This document shows positions 49,088 to 62,189 of a stretch of DNA of 64,000 bases, piece after piece. A model generated the notes under the pieces. That model saw only the letters and a program-made list of their open reading frames with translations, was not told the origin of the DNA and made no database searches. A program made the translations under genes and the position numbers. This DNA is from Octopus sinensis. Its lineage: Eukaryota. Position 1 is the stretch's first letter. The number at the start of each line of letters is the position of its first letter. The DNA lies in assembly GCF_006345805.1 (NCBI RefSeq), contig NC_043014.1:7750001-7814000 (forward strand), given 5' to 3'.

Positions 49088-49470
49088 TCTTTATATATAA
49101 AATTAAGGTTGTGTGTCTGTCTCCTACGATTTAGATTCCTAACTACTCCCACATTTTGCGGTGCAGTTTAACCAAAACCGGGTATCTTATAATCGTGATT
49201 CATATCGAGCCCTTCTGGGTCTACGATGAGTCTATGATTTAAAAAAAAAATTTACCATCAGTTTTTCCCATTTTTAATGCATTTTTGGCACATATAAGGG
49301 AAGTAACTCTCTAAAAATTTATTATTAAATCTCAGAACGTAAAAAGCTACAGTAACACCCCCCCCTTTGTGGTTAGCCATATTGAGATGGCTATTATACT
49401 TTACATCTCTAAAAGTGCTTATATAGTTATTTCCCTTACAAACCCGAGCAACGCCGGGCGATACTGCTAG
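49088..49470 (+). mobile_element. Non-autonomous Helitron-like element
   Basis: A^TC start, hairpin plus CTAG^T end. Confidence 0.85.
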
Positions 49471-49569
49471 TATTGTATAAAAGATCATGGGTAAGGCCAA
49501 AGTAATGCAAAGTAAATGCAAGAATATATGCAAATTAATGTAGAGTTACCTTATATTCAATATTTCGGG

Positions 49570-50077
49570 GTTATGGTCATGTACTGCAGATGGACAAGAA
49601 AAGCTGTGTGAAGAAGTGTAATTCCAAAACAGTGGAAGGAATCCGGGGTAGAGGAAGACCCAGGAAGACATGGGATGAGGTGGAGAAGCAAGAGCTTCGA
49701 ACGTTGGGCCTCACGGAGGCAATGACAAAAGACTGAGACCTCTGGAGGTCACAGCTCCAGCTGTGCCCTATACCAGTGTCGCATAACCAGCCCATTCAAA
49801 AGTACCTTGGATCGTAGGGCAACATGCCGTGCTTGAGGAGACCTATTGAATAAAATACATCAACATCTCTCTTTTACTTGTTTCAGTCATTTGACTGCGG
49901 CCATGCTGGAGCACCACCTTTAATCGAGCAACTCGACCCCAGGACTTATTCTTTTGTAAGCCCAGTACTTATTCTATCAGTCTCTTTTGCCAAACTGCTA
50001 AGTAACGGAGACAAACACACCAGCATCGGTTGTCAAGCAATGCTAGGGGGACAAACACAGACACACAAACACACACA

Positions 50078-50116
<39 letters not shown>

Positions 50117-50645
50117 GACGGGCTTCTTTCAGTTTCCGTCTACCAAATCCACTCAAGGTTTTGGTCGGCCCGAGGATATAGTAGAGGACACTTGTCCAAG
50201 GTGCCACGCAGTGGGACTGAACCCGGAACCATGTGGTTGGTAAACAAGCTACTTACCACACAACCACTCCTGCGCCTATCAAAAATATCGAAATCAAATC
50301 AAATGGAAATTGTGGTTGTGAGCCCCATATCGGTAGCACATAAAAAGCACCATCCGAATGTGGCCGATGCCAGTGCTGCCTAGACTAGCTTCCGTGCTGG
50401 TGGCACGTAAAAAGCACCATCTGATCATGGTCGATGCCACCTCCACTGGCCCCTTGTGCCAGTGGCACGTAAAAAGCACCCACTACACTCTTGGAGTGGT
50501 TGGCGTTAGGAAGGGCATCCAGCTGTAGAAACACTCCCAGATCAGATTGGGGCCTGGTGCAGCCTCCTGGCTTCCCAGACCCCAGTCGAACCGTCCAACC
50601 CATGCCAGCATAGAAAACGGACGTTAAACGATGATGATGATGATA
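49570..50645 (+). mobile_element. RTE 3' remnant (ORF end + UTR) interrupted by SINE 1 (49868-50278, -)
   Basis: GRGRPRKTWDEVEKQELRTLGLTEAMTKD, then the AATC-rich linker, repeat domain and GAT tail. Confidence 0.82.
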
Positions 50646-50744
50646 TATATATATTAAATGAAATAGAGTAATAAAATTGACAAAGTAACAATTTATTTAC
50701 TATAATAAAATTTTTTTAAAAATCTTTGTATTTTGTATTTATAC

Positions 50745-50906
50745 GGCGCAGGAGTGGCTGTGTGGTAAGTAGCTTGCTAACCAACCACATGGTTCCGGGT
50801 TCAGTCCCACTGCGTAGCACCTTGGGCAAGTGTCTTCTGCTATAGCCCCGAGCCGACCAATGCCTTGTGAGTGGATTTGGTAGACGGAAACTGAAAGAAG
50901 CCTGTC

Positions 50907-50976
<70 letters not shown>

Positions 50977-51185
50977 TTGTGTGTCTGTGTTTGTCCCCCT
51001 AGCATTGCTTGACAACTGATGCTGGTGTGTTTACGTCCCCGTCACTTAGCGGTTCGACAAAAGAGACCGATAGAATAAGTACTGGGCTTACAAAGAATAA
51101 GTCCCGGGTCGATTTGTTCGACTAAAGGCGGTGCTCCAGCATGGCCGCAGTCAAAATAACTGAAACAAGTAAATGAGTAAAGAGT
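50745..51185 (+). mobile_element. SINE family 1
   Basis: Full length. Confidence 0.88.
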
Positions 51186-51289
51186 ATACCCCTTTTCTCT
51201 GTGGTAATAAAAGTACCAGCTTTTATTTCCAGTGATAACCTTCGAAAAAAGGCCCAGGTCAACGTCCAACTTTTCTTTCAGGTCACAAC

Positions 51290-51817
51290 ATGCATTCAGT
51301 CACGACAGCTTTTGATCTTCAAAATTCGTTGGTAGGAGTTCCAGCTTACACCGGTCATATCAACAAATTTGTCAATTGTCTGGTGATGGTCCTCCGAGGT
51401 CAGTTTATGAATTTTCATGATGTTTTCACTCATTTGGGAGGTCAACAGTTGCTCTGAATGAGGTTGGTCCTCAAGCAACAAGTGACCATTCCTAAAGCGT
51501 GAAAATCTCTCGTAAACTTGTGTTTTGCTCATGACAGCCTCCTGGTCAGCTGTTTCGGCCTCTGTTTTCCCCAGCAGAAAACAGAATTTCACAGAAGTAT
51601 GCTGTTCCTTCGTTTCAGCCATCGCAAAAATTGATGAACAGGGGAGAAGCACTGCAAGATAAAGATGCATCGCATGACAGTATGACCTGAATGTACAATG
51701 CTGATCCGCAAACTGATGCCTGAGGATTGCATCAAGTGGCTTCTAGCAGCAGAAGCCTGAACTACAATGGGCTTGCCCCACAGAGATCGTTTCTGGATAC
51801 TTTTGGGTACCCTCTCG
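51290..51817 (-). pseudogene. mariner 5' fragment (HTH transposase N-terminus)
   Basis: VKFCFLLGKT..SKTQVYERFSRFRNG..LEDQPHS, with a 5' TIR CGAGAGGGTACCCAAAAGTATCCAGAAAC. Confidence 0.82.
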
Positions 51818-51935
51818 TGTTTATATGTGTGTATTTATGTGTGTGTGACAACATTATGTGATATGGAGATGTATCTGCTATTTTTTAGAAAGTTGTAATG
51901 TGCAGAGCCACACGTTGGTTCTTACCAACATATAT

Positions 51936-53200
51936 ATAAGAGTGTGATCATTGACAGAGCGGCTAACCGGCTTCCGTGCCAGTGGCACTTAAAAGGCACC
52001 ATTCGAGTGTGATCGTTACCAACGTTGCCTTACTGGCACCTGTGCTGGTGGCATGTGTAAAAAGATTCGAGCGAGGTCGTTGCCAGTACCGCTTGACTGG
52101 CCCCCGTGCTAGTGGCACGTAAAAAGCACCCATTACACTCTCAGAGTGGTTGGCATTAGGAAGGGCATCCAGCTGTAGAAACTCTGCCAGATCAAGATTG
52201 GAGCCTGGTGCAGCCATCTGGTTCGCCAGTCCTCAGTCAAAATCGTCCAACCCATGCTAGCATGGAAAGAGGATGTTAAAGGATGATGATGATGATGTAC
52301 TCTCTTTTACTCTTTTACTCGTTTCAGTCATCCGACTGCGGCTAACTCATGCTAGCATGTGAAAGTCTCTTTTGTTGGCTCCTGCATTTATACATACCTG
52401 AAACAGTAGGATGTGGGTTTTCAGAATATATGATAACCATTTGTGTCAGATCTTGCTATCATATACAAGTTTTCCTTTTGGCTTATTTATACATACACAA
52501 GACAGTAGATTTGCTACCATATTGTAGCCTTCACATTGTATACATTAGGCAGTAGGGAGATCATCATCATCATCGTTTAACGTCCGCTTTCCATGCTAGC
52601 ATGAGTTGGACGATTTTGACTGAGGGCTGGTGAACCAGATGGCTGCACCAGACTCCAATCTTGATTTGGCAGAGTTTCTACAACTGGATGCTCTTCCTAA
52701 CGCCAACCACTCTGAGAGTGTAGTGGGTGCTTTTTACATGCCACTGGCATGGGGGCCAGTCAGGTGGTACTGGCAACGACCTCGCTTGAATCTTTTTACA
52801 CATGCCACCGGCACAGGTGCCAGTAAGGCGACGTTGGTAACGATCACAATCGAATGGTGCCTGTTAAGTGTCACTGGCACGGAAGCCGGTTAGCCGCTCT
52901 GTCAATGATCACGCTCTTATGGTGCTCTTTGCACTCTGCTAGCACAGACGACAGTCATCGAATTTGATTTTGATTTTGATTTCACTTGCCTCAACAGGTC
53001 TTCACAAGCAGAGTTTTAGTGTCCAAAGAAGGTACGCATAAGTGGTCTGATTACGTCCCTGGCATAGGCCATGAGATTATGGTTTCATTTGGCTTGCCGG
53101 GTCTTCTCACGCATGGCATATTTCTAAAGGTCTTGGTCACTAGTCATTTCCATGGTGAGGCCTAAAGTTCGAAGGTCGTGCTTCACCACTTCATCTCAGG
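51936..53200. mobile_element. Inverted pair of RTE 3' fragments (51936-52298 +, 52560-53200 -)
   Basis: Both share the subfamily block GATCATTGACAGAGCGGCTAACCGGCTTCCGTGCCAGTG. Confidence 0.82.
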
Positions 53201-53334
53201 AGATATGGCTGTTATTTCTGTCTTGTATAGCTGAAGTTTAGCGTTTCTTTTCATTTGCTCTTAAATGCTTATGTATTTCAATTTTAAGAAATTTTAATCT
53301 TCATACACCTGTATTCTTTTGTATTTCATAACAG

Positions 53335-53448
53335 GTGAACCGCAGTACAATATGGCGTCGGCAGTTGAAAGAACGAGATCCAGAAAAATACAGGCGTTAT
53401 TTGGATCAGCAGAGGGTCAGGTCACAGATTGCTAGAAATCGTTTAAAA
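53335..53448 (+). CDS. Coding exon of an unidentified basic alpha-helical protein ([38 protein letters not shown])
   Basis: Acceptor TTCTTTTGTATTTCATAACAG and donor GTGAGT bound 114 nt, phase 0-0, open and GC-richer than the flanks. Confidence 0.72.
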
Positions 53449-53498
53449 GTGAGTAATATAGTATCTTAAAAACATAAATGTATATATTGTATATATAC

Positions 53499-53555
<57 letters not shown>

Positions 53556-53741
53556 GAGATACATATGTATATAGAGATACATATGTATATAGAGATACAT
53601 ATGTATATATAGATACATATGTATATATAAATACATATATTATACACATATATATATAATAGATATATATATACACATATATATATAAATAGATATATAT
53701 AAATACATATATATGTAAATACATATATATATAAATACATG

Positions 53742-53773
<32 letters not shown>

Positions 53774-54009
53774 TCTATATATATAAATACATACATATAT
53801 ATATATATACATATGTAAATACATATATATTAAATACATATATATAGATATACATATATATATAATACATATATATAAATACATATAGATATACATATAT
53901 ATATATAAATACATGTATATACATATATATATATATATATATATAATATATATATATATATAATATATATATTATAAATACAATATATAATCTATAAATA
54001 CATATAATA

Positions 54010-57000
54010 TCTTACTATTTTATTCGTTGTTACTACGTTTCTTCATACATTGTTACGAAAATTTAACCTTTTAGGCTACTTTCAAGCCTTCGCCATAACT
54101 TGATTTATCTTTCTATCTCTCTCTCTACAAAATTTAACCTTAGGCCAGGCTACCTCAAGCCGTAATCCTATCTCTTCCCATCTTTCAGCCATTTGGCGGT
54201 CTTTTTTTCCTCCTCTCACCATTACGATTCTATAATTTAAATTCCCAATTCAATTTCAACTCCCGTTCGATGTCCGCAGCAAGTTCTTAAAAATTTATCT
54301 TACTATTTTATTCGTTGTTACTACGTTTCTTCATACATTGTTACGAAAATTTAACCTTTTAGGCTACTTTCAAGCCTTCGCCATAACTTGATTTATCTTT
54401 CTATCTCTCTCTCTCTCTAACAAAATTTAACCTTAGGCCAGGCTACCTCAAGCCGTATCCTATCTCTTCCCATCTTTCAGCCATTTGGCGGTCTTTTTTT
54501 CCTCCTCTCACCATTACGATTCTATAATTTAAATTCCCAATTCAATTCAACTCCCGTTCGATGTCCGCAGCAAGTTCTTAAAAATTTATCTTACTATTTT
54601 ATTCGTTGTTACTACGTTTCTCATACATTGTTTGTACGAAAATTTAACCTTTTAGGCTACTTTCAAGCCTTCGCCATAACTTGATTTATCTTTCTATCTC
54701 TCTCTCTACAAAATTTAACCTTAGGCCAGGCTACCTCAAGCCGTAATCCTATCTCTTCTTCCATCTCTTCCCTCTCTTCCCATCTTTCAGCCATTGGCGG
54801 TCTTTTTTTCCTCCTCTCACCATTACGATTCTATAATTTAAATTCCCAATTCAATTTCAACTCCCGTTCGATGTCCGCAGCAAGTTCTTAAAAATTTATC
54901 TTACTATTTTATTCGTTGTTACTACGTTTCTTCATACATTGTTACGAAAATTTAACCTTTTAGGCTACTTTCAAGCCTTCGCCATAACTTGATTTATCTT
55001 TCTATCTCTCTCTCTACAAAATTTAACCTTAGGCCAGGCTACCTCAAGCCGTAATCCTATCTCTTCCCATCTTTCAGCCATTTGGCGGTCTTTTTTTCCT
55101 CCTCTCACCATTACGATTCTATAATTTAAATTCCCAATTCAATTTCAACTCCCGTTCGATGTCCGCAGCAAGTTCTTAAAAATTTATCTTACTATTTTAT
55201 TCGTTGTTACTACGTTTCTTCATACATTGTTACGAAAATTTAACCTTTTAGGCTACTTTCAAGCCTTCGCCATAACTTGATTTATCTTTCTATCTCTCTC
55301 TCTACAAAATTTAACCTTAGGCCAGGCTACCTCAAGCCGTAATCCTATCTCTTCCCATCTTTCAGCCATTTGGCGGTCTTTTTTTCCTCCTCTCACCATT
55401 ACGATTCTATAATTTAAATTCCCAATTCAATTTCAACTCCGTTCGATGTCCGCAGCAAGTTCTTAAAAATTTATCTACTATTTTATTATTTTCGTTTACT
55501 ACTACGTTTCTTCTTCATACATTGTTACGAAAATTTAACCTTTTAGGCTACTTTCAAGCCTTCGCCATAACTTGATTTATCTTTCTATCTCTCTCTCTAC
55601 AAAATTTAACCTTAGGCCAGGCTACCTCAAGCCGTAATCCTATCTCTTCCCATCTTTCAGCCATTTGGCGGTCTTTTTTTTCCTCCTCTCACCATTACGA
55701 TTCTATAATTTAAATTCCCAATTCAATTTCAACTCCCGTTCGATGTCCGCAGCAAGTTCTTAAAAATTTATCTTACTATTTTATTCGTTGTTACTACGTT
55801 TCTTCATACATTGTTACGAAAATTTAACCTTTTAGGCTACTTTCAAGCCTTCGCCATAACTTGATTTATCTTTCTATCTCTCTCTCTCTACAAAATTTAA
55901 CCTTAGGCCAGGCTACCTCAAGCCGTAATCCTATCTCTTCCCATCTTTCAGCCATTTGGCGGTCTTTTTTTTCCTCCTCTCACCATTACGATTCTATAAT
56001 TTAAATTCCCAATTCAATTTCAACTCCCGTTCGATGTCCGCAGCAAGTTCTTAAAAATTTATCTTACTATTTTATTCGTTGTTACTACGTTTCTTCATAC
56101 ATTGTTACGAAAATTTAACCTTTTAGGCTACTTTCAAGCCTTCGCCATAACTTGATTTATCTTCTATCTCTCTCTCTACTACAAAATTAACCTTAGGCCA
56201 GGCTACCTCAAGCCGTAATCCTATCTCTTCCCATCTTTCAGCCATTTGGCGGTCTTTTTTTTCCTCCTCTCACCATTACGATTCTATAATTTAAATTCCC
56301 ATTCAATTTCAACTCTCGTTCGATGTCCGCAGCAAGTTCTTAAAAATTTATCTTACTATTTTATTATTCGTTGTTACTACGTTTCTTCATACATTGTTAC
56401 GAAAATTTAACCTTTTAGGCTACTTTCAAGCCTTCGCCATAACTTGATTTATCTTTCTATCTCTCTCTCTACAAAATTTAACCTTAGGCCAGGCTACCTC
56501 AAGCCGTAATCCTATCTCTTCCCATCTTCAGCATCAGCCATTTGGCGGTCTTTTTTTCCTCCTCTCACCATTACGATTCTATAATTTAAATTCCCAATTC
56601 AATTTCAACCCGTTCGATGTCCGCAGCAAGTTCTTAAAAATTTATCTTACTATTTTATTCGTTGTTACTACTACGTTTCTTCATACATTGTTACGAAAAT
56701 TTAACCTTTTAGGCTACTTTCAAGCCTTCGCCATAACTTGATTTATCTTTCTATCTCTCTCTCTACAAAATTTAACCTTAGGCCAGGCTCCTCAAGCCGT
56801 AATCCTATCTCTCTCCCATCTCTTCCATCTCTTCCCATCTTTCAGCATTTGGCGGTCTTTTTTCCTCCTCTCACCATACGATTCTATAATTTAAATTCCC
56901 AATTCAATTTCAACTCCCGTTCGATGTCCGCAGCAAGTTCTTAAAAATTTATCTTACTATTTTATTCGTTGTTACTACGTTTCTTCATACATTGTTACGA

Positions 57001-57160
57001 AAATTTAACCTTTTAGGCTACTTTCAAGCCTTCGCCATAACTTGATTTATCTTTCTATCTCTCTCTCTACAAAATTTAACCTTAGGCCAGGCTACCTCAA
57101 GCCGTAATCCTATCTCTTCCCATCTCTTCCCATCTCTTCCCATCTTCAGCCATTGGCGGT
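54010..57160. repeat. ~290-bp satellite, 11 units
   Basis: Units start TCTTACTATTTTATTCG at ~54010, 54298, 54589, 54899, 55187 and so on. AAAATTTAACCTT..AGGCTAC..TCAAGCC is internally duplicated. Confidence 0.95.
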
Positions 57161-57900
57161 GCGCCCGCCCCCCCACCCCCACCACCATACGATGAACACT
57201 GTTCTCACCCCCACCACCAATACCGGTGAACACTGTTCCTCACCTCCCACCACCAATACCAGTATACCCTGTCCTCACCATCTACACCGGATACGCCTTA
57301 CTCATCTACACCCGGTTACGCCCTACCCCCTCCCCCCACTACCCCTTCTCCTCATATGCTTTCACTGTGAAAAGACAAGCTGCTAGCGCCATAGCTCATC
57401 AACTGCCCACCGATCTTATGCTTCCTCCTGACACTGCCTCATTCCCTCCCGCCTCGTAATATCCTATGTTTTTATTTCTTAGGAACCTACACCAACCCTT
57501 CCTGCCATCGTTCCTCCTTACCCCAACCTTCCCCACTGGTTGCTCCCCTATATTACCCGCCTCAACTGGACCCCCCCTCTCCCCAACTCAACTCTCGAAT
57601 ATCTGTATTCTTTCCTCTACCTAATAACGTTACTCAGTGACGATAACGAATGTCTTTATTTCTTAGGAACCTACACCAACCCTTCCTGCCATCGTTCCTC
57701 CTTACCCCAACCTTCCCCACTGGTTGCCCTCCTATATTACCCGCCTCAACTGGACCTCCCCCTCCCCAACTCAACTCTAGAATATCTGTATTTCTTTCTC
57801 TACCTAATTACGTTACTCAGTGATGATAATGCTGTGACTACAAGACCCGGGCTGCTTTCTGCAGCAATTCCACATACCCCCTACTCATTCTAAGTCCCCC
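57160..57900. repeat. C-rich block with a ~180-bp tandem duplication
   Basis: TTTATTTCTTAGGAACCTACACCAACCC occurs at ~57472 and ~57656. Confidence 0.8.
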
Positions 57901-57959
57901 CGGATCCCCAAAGTACCCTGGATCCCCAAAGTACCCCGGACCTCTCGTTGCCCATGTGC

Positions 57960-58212
57960 CGCTGACACGTTAAAATGCTCGAACCGATCGTGACGATGCC
58001 GGACCCTCCGGCCCCTGTGCAGTGGCACGTAAAAAGCACCCAATCCACTCACGGAGTGGTTGGCGTTAGGAAGGCATCCAGCCGTAGAAACTCTGCCAGA
58101 TTCAGACTGGAGCCTGGTGCGGCCCCTGGCTTCCCAGACCCTCAAACCGTCCAACCCGTGCTAGCGCGGAAAGCGGACGTTAAACGATGATGATGATGAC
58201 GATGATGATGAT
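57960..58212 (+). mobile_element. RTE 3' fragment
   Basis: Conserved 3' end and GAT tail. Confidence 0.8.
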
Positions 58213-58359
58213 ATAAATACATATATATATATATATATAAATACATATATATATATATATATAAATACATATATATATATACATATGTAAATACATATAT
58301 ATATAAATACATATATATATAAATATATATATAAATACATATATATATAAATACATATA

Positions 58360-60130
58360 TCCTGTCTTGAATTCCTCCGTTATTGCCTGGAGGACCACGA
58401 TAAATAGGAGGGGGCTGAGGGCTGAACCTTGGTGGACCCCTACCTCTACCCGGAATTCTTCACTGTACTCGTAGCCAACCCTCACCTTACTAGCAGCGTC
58501 CCTGTACATGGCTTGCACAGCTCTCACTAACCATTCATCTATCCCTAGTTTCCTCATTGACCACCAGATAAGGGATCGGGGGACCCTGTTGGAAGCTTTC
58601 TCCATCCAGACAGGATGCCCCTGGGAGCTCCTCTATGCTGATGACCTTGCTCTAATTGCTGAGTCATGATCAGAACTGGAGGAGAAGTTTCAGGTGTGGA
58701 AGCAAGGATTAGAATTGAAGGGCCTTAGATTCAACCTAGCTAAAACCAAAGTCCTAATAAGTAGGAAGGTAGACAAGTCACAAACGCCTTCAGGTAGATG
58801 GCCTTGCTCGATCTGTAGGAAAGGCGTAGGTAGAAACTCTATAAGATGCACCAAGTGTAAGCTATGGACACACAAGAGGTGCAGCAACGTCACGGGAAGG
58901 CTAACTAGGAAGATAGTTTTTGTATGTGGCAGATGCTCAGGAGCAATAAACACTGAAAATGCTCTGAGACCAACTTCCGTCACTTTCCAGGGAGAAAAAC
59001 TAGAAATAGCTGATAGCTTCCGTTACCTAGGTGACCAAGTCAGTAGCGGGGGTGGGCGTGTTGAAAGTGTAACTGCTAGAGTAAGAATAGCTTGGGCAAA
59101 GTTCAGAGAGCTCTTACTTCTGCTAGGGACAAAAGGCCTCTCGCTCAGAGTAAAAGGTAGACTGTATGATGCTTGTGTACAAACAGCCATGCTATATGGC
59201 AATGAAACATGGGCCGTGACTGCTGAGGATATGCGTAAGCTCGCAAGAAATGAAGCCAGTATGCTCCGATGGATGTGTAATGTCAGTGTTCATACTCGAC
59301 AGAGTGTAAGTACCTTGAGAGAGAAGTTGGACCTAAGAAGCATCAGATGTGGTGTACAAGAGAGACGTTTGCGCTGTAATGGCCATGTGGCGAGAATGGA
59401 CGAAGATAGTTGTGTGAAAAAGTGCCACACCGTAGCTGTTGAGGGAATCTGTGGAAGAGGCAAACCCAGGAAAACCTGGGATGAGGTGGTGAAGCACGAC
59501 CTTCGAACTTTAGGTCTCACTGAGGAAATGACTAGAGACTGAGACCTTTGGAAGTATGCTGTGCGTGAGAAGACCCGGCAGGACAAGTGAGACCATCACC
59601 CATTGCCTCAGTCCACTTATGCATACCTTTCCTTCTTGGGACACAAAACCCTACTTGTAAAGACCTGTTGAGGCAAGTGAAAATCAAAAAATCAAAAAAT
59701 CAGAAATCAAAATCGATCAACATGAATGGAAATTGTCGCTGTGATATCAGTGCTGGTGGAACATAAGAGAACCATCCAAACGTGGCTGTTGCCAGTGCCG
59801 CCCTGACTGGCTTCCGTGCCGGTGGCACGTAAAAAGCACCATCCGATTGTGGCCGTTTGCCAGCCTCGCCTGGCGTCCGTGCCGGTTGCACGTAAAAAGC
59901 ACCATCCGATCGTGGCCGTTTGCCAGACTTATCTGGCACCTGTGCAGGTGGCACGTAAAAAGCACCCACTACACTCATGGAGTGGTTGGCGTTAGGAAGG
60001 GCATCCAGCTGTAGAAACATTGCCAGATCAGACTGGGCCTGGTGCAGCCTTCTGGTTTCCCAGACCCCAGTTGCACCGTCCAACCCATGCTAGCATGGAA
60101 AGCGGACGCTAAACGATGATGATGATAATG
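58360..60130 (+). mobile_element. 5'-truncated, 5'-inverted RTE LINE (RT end, Cys/His finger, 3' UTR with tandem repeats, GAT tail)
   Basis: Minus 58360-58605 encodes [19 protein letters not shown]. Plus resumes TGCPWELLYADDL, then WPCSICRKGVGRNSIRCTKCKLWTHKRC and RGKPRKTW. In-frame TGA stops. Confidence 0.92.
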
Positions 60131-60132
60131 AT

Positions 60133-61414
60133 GGTGCATGAATAAATTGTTGTCTTAATTACACAAAAATGAAAATAATGCTGACATCTCATTTTAACAG
60201 ACACATATATACCAAAATTACATAAAAATATCTTGAAATACTAAAGAGTAAATTTATTCAATAAAATTGCCATTGGCTTCAACCACAGCCTCCAGATATC
60301 TTTGGACTCCCCTGCAACTCTTCTGGATGATCTCTTTGTGAATGCTGCCATAATTCTTGCCTTCAGTTCATCTTTGGTGTTACAAGGATTTTTGTTGGTC
60401 TCTTGCTTAACTGTGCCTCACATGTAATAATCAAGTGGGTTGCAGTGTGGGGAGTTAGGGTGGCCAGATGTTTGGGGTGATGTGGTTGCAGAAATTGTCT
60501 GACAGCCACAACTGGGTTCTCCTGCTTGTGTGGCATGGTGCAGAGCCCTGTTGCCAGACATAAGGTCATCCAGCAGCCATCCTCTTGACCCAGGGCAGCA
60601 CTACCTCCTCCAGGCACTTGATGTAGGCCTCCGTGTTGAGTCTGAGGCCGTGTGGGAAGATGAATGGAGGCATGTTGCCATCACTAGTGATCACTCCAAA
60701 CACCATGATGTTGACTAAATATTTGATTTTTATCACTCTCGGTACATGTTTCGGGGACACGACAAGCCAACGGTTGTTCTATGTGTTCACCATCTGCTCC
60801 TGGCAGAAATTTTTCTCATCTGTGAAAAACCAAAGCATGTTCAGTTGGAGGGGATGCTTCAGCTTGTTCAAAAGCTTCGTAACACGCTATTTCCTCTTGT
60901 TCTTGATGGCTTGGGATAAGAATTGGCCCTTTCTCATCTTGTATGAGGAATACTGAATGTCGTCATGCACTACCTGCCTGATAAGAAACTCAGACACTCC
61001 CATTTCCCTGGGGATTGACCTGATTGACTTGAAGGGTACCGTTGTCAATCATGGCCTGGATCTCACCAACAAATTCAGAAGTTTTTTTCTTATCAGAATG
61101 ATCAGGGTGAGTTTTCTGAGCTGCCGTACCTTCGTTATCACCATTAGACTCCTCCAACTCTTTCAAAATACTCTGCACTGTCCTTTCCCAAATGGTCTGA
61201 AATGTTCATATTGGAACTTCCGATGTGAATGCCAAGTAGTACAGCATGTCATTTCCAAATATCTGTCAGAGTGAATTGCTTCCTGGTACTGGTTTCTTAT
61301 AGACAGTGCCCAACTGACCCTACTATACTGTGCAGTCAGCAAAATCAAAAACAAACAATGCACATGCATGAAATTAAAAACATAAAATGGTGACAATTTA
61401 CCCATTGCACCTTG
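60133..61414 (-). mobile_element. Tc1/mariner maT-like (DD37D-type) remnant
   Basis: IMVFGVITSDG, YVWQQGSALCHTS and WPPNSP.CNPLDYY; TIR-like CAAGGTGCAATGGGTAAATTGT. Confidence 0.78.
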
Positions 61415-61477
61415 TATATATAACATATAAATATATATATAAATAAATATATATATAAATAATATATATATAAATAA

Positions 61478-61574
<97 letters not shown>

Positions 61575-61576
<2 letters not shown>

Positions 61577-61955
61577 ATAGAAATGGTAAGACAACAAAAG
61601 AATGAAAGTGACCTAGATATGTAAATAGAGGAATTTATCTGTAAATGTAATATGTGACAATTATTCGGTTGCCATGATAAAACTCCGAGTTTTGGATGCT
61701 GGTGAGGAAATCCATGCCGCCATCTCTTCAGTTACCCGGCCGTCGGAAAAAGTGCTATGAAAATGACCGTTAAACAAAGGGAAATTACTGTGTGATTGAC
61801 CGTTATTAAGACAAAAGAGCTATTTGAATGACCGCTAAGTGAGGGGAGGGAGTAAAAGTAAGGGGGTAAAATAGTTCATAGTATTCGCATAAGCACTCAT
61901 GCCCATACCTCCATGGCTACCAAATAATTGTCACATATTACATTTAAAGATATAT
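61575..61955 (-). mobile_element. (TA)n-flanked element with a 43-bp inverted repeat and a degenerate hammerhead (family D, 61676-61736)
   Basis: GGUAA-CUGAAGA-GAUG..CAUC-cAAAAC-UCGGA-GUU-UUAUC. Inverted repeat ..TAAATGTAATATGTGACAATTATT.GGT.GCCATG. Confidence 0.55.
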
Positions 61956-62189
61956 ATATATAGTAGTAGCAACAGAAAAGAGGAATTTCAGTTGTCCCCA
62001 CATGGTGGGTTGTAATGTATATAAGAAATTAAAAAAGGAAAATATGCACACTTACATGGTTTTAATATTATTTTTAATATATCGACCGGTTTCACTATCG
62101 CTATTCATGATATTATGTTTAATTTATTTGAGTATATATTTTTTCTTAAGAAGAAATTTGGTCCATGTTGTGTGTGATGAAATTCACGA

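Noticed and set aside
52399-52500. Minus-strand CAG|GTATGT donor suggesting an exon
   Set aside because: All three upstream frames contain stops and there is no convincing acceptor.
54010-54297. Possible ribozyme in the 290-bp satellite
   Set aside because: No CUGANGA on either strand; GAAACGUAGUA has no partner.
58694-59542. 282-aa ORF with a PHD-like finger as a host gene
   Set aside because: It is the C-terminal part of an RTE ORF2, flanked by RT motifs and in-frame stops.
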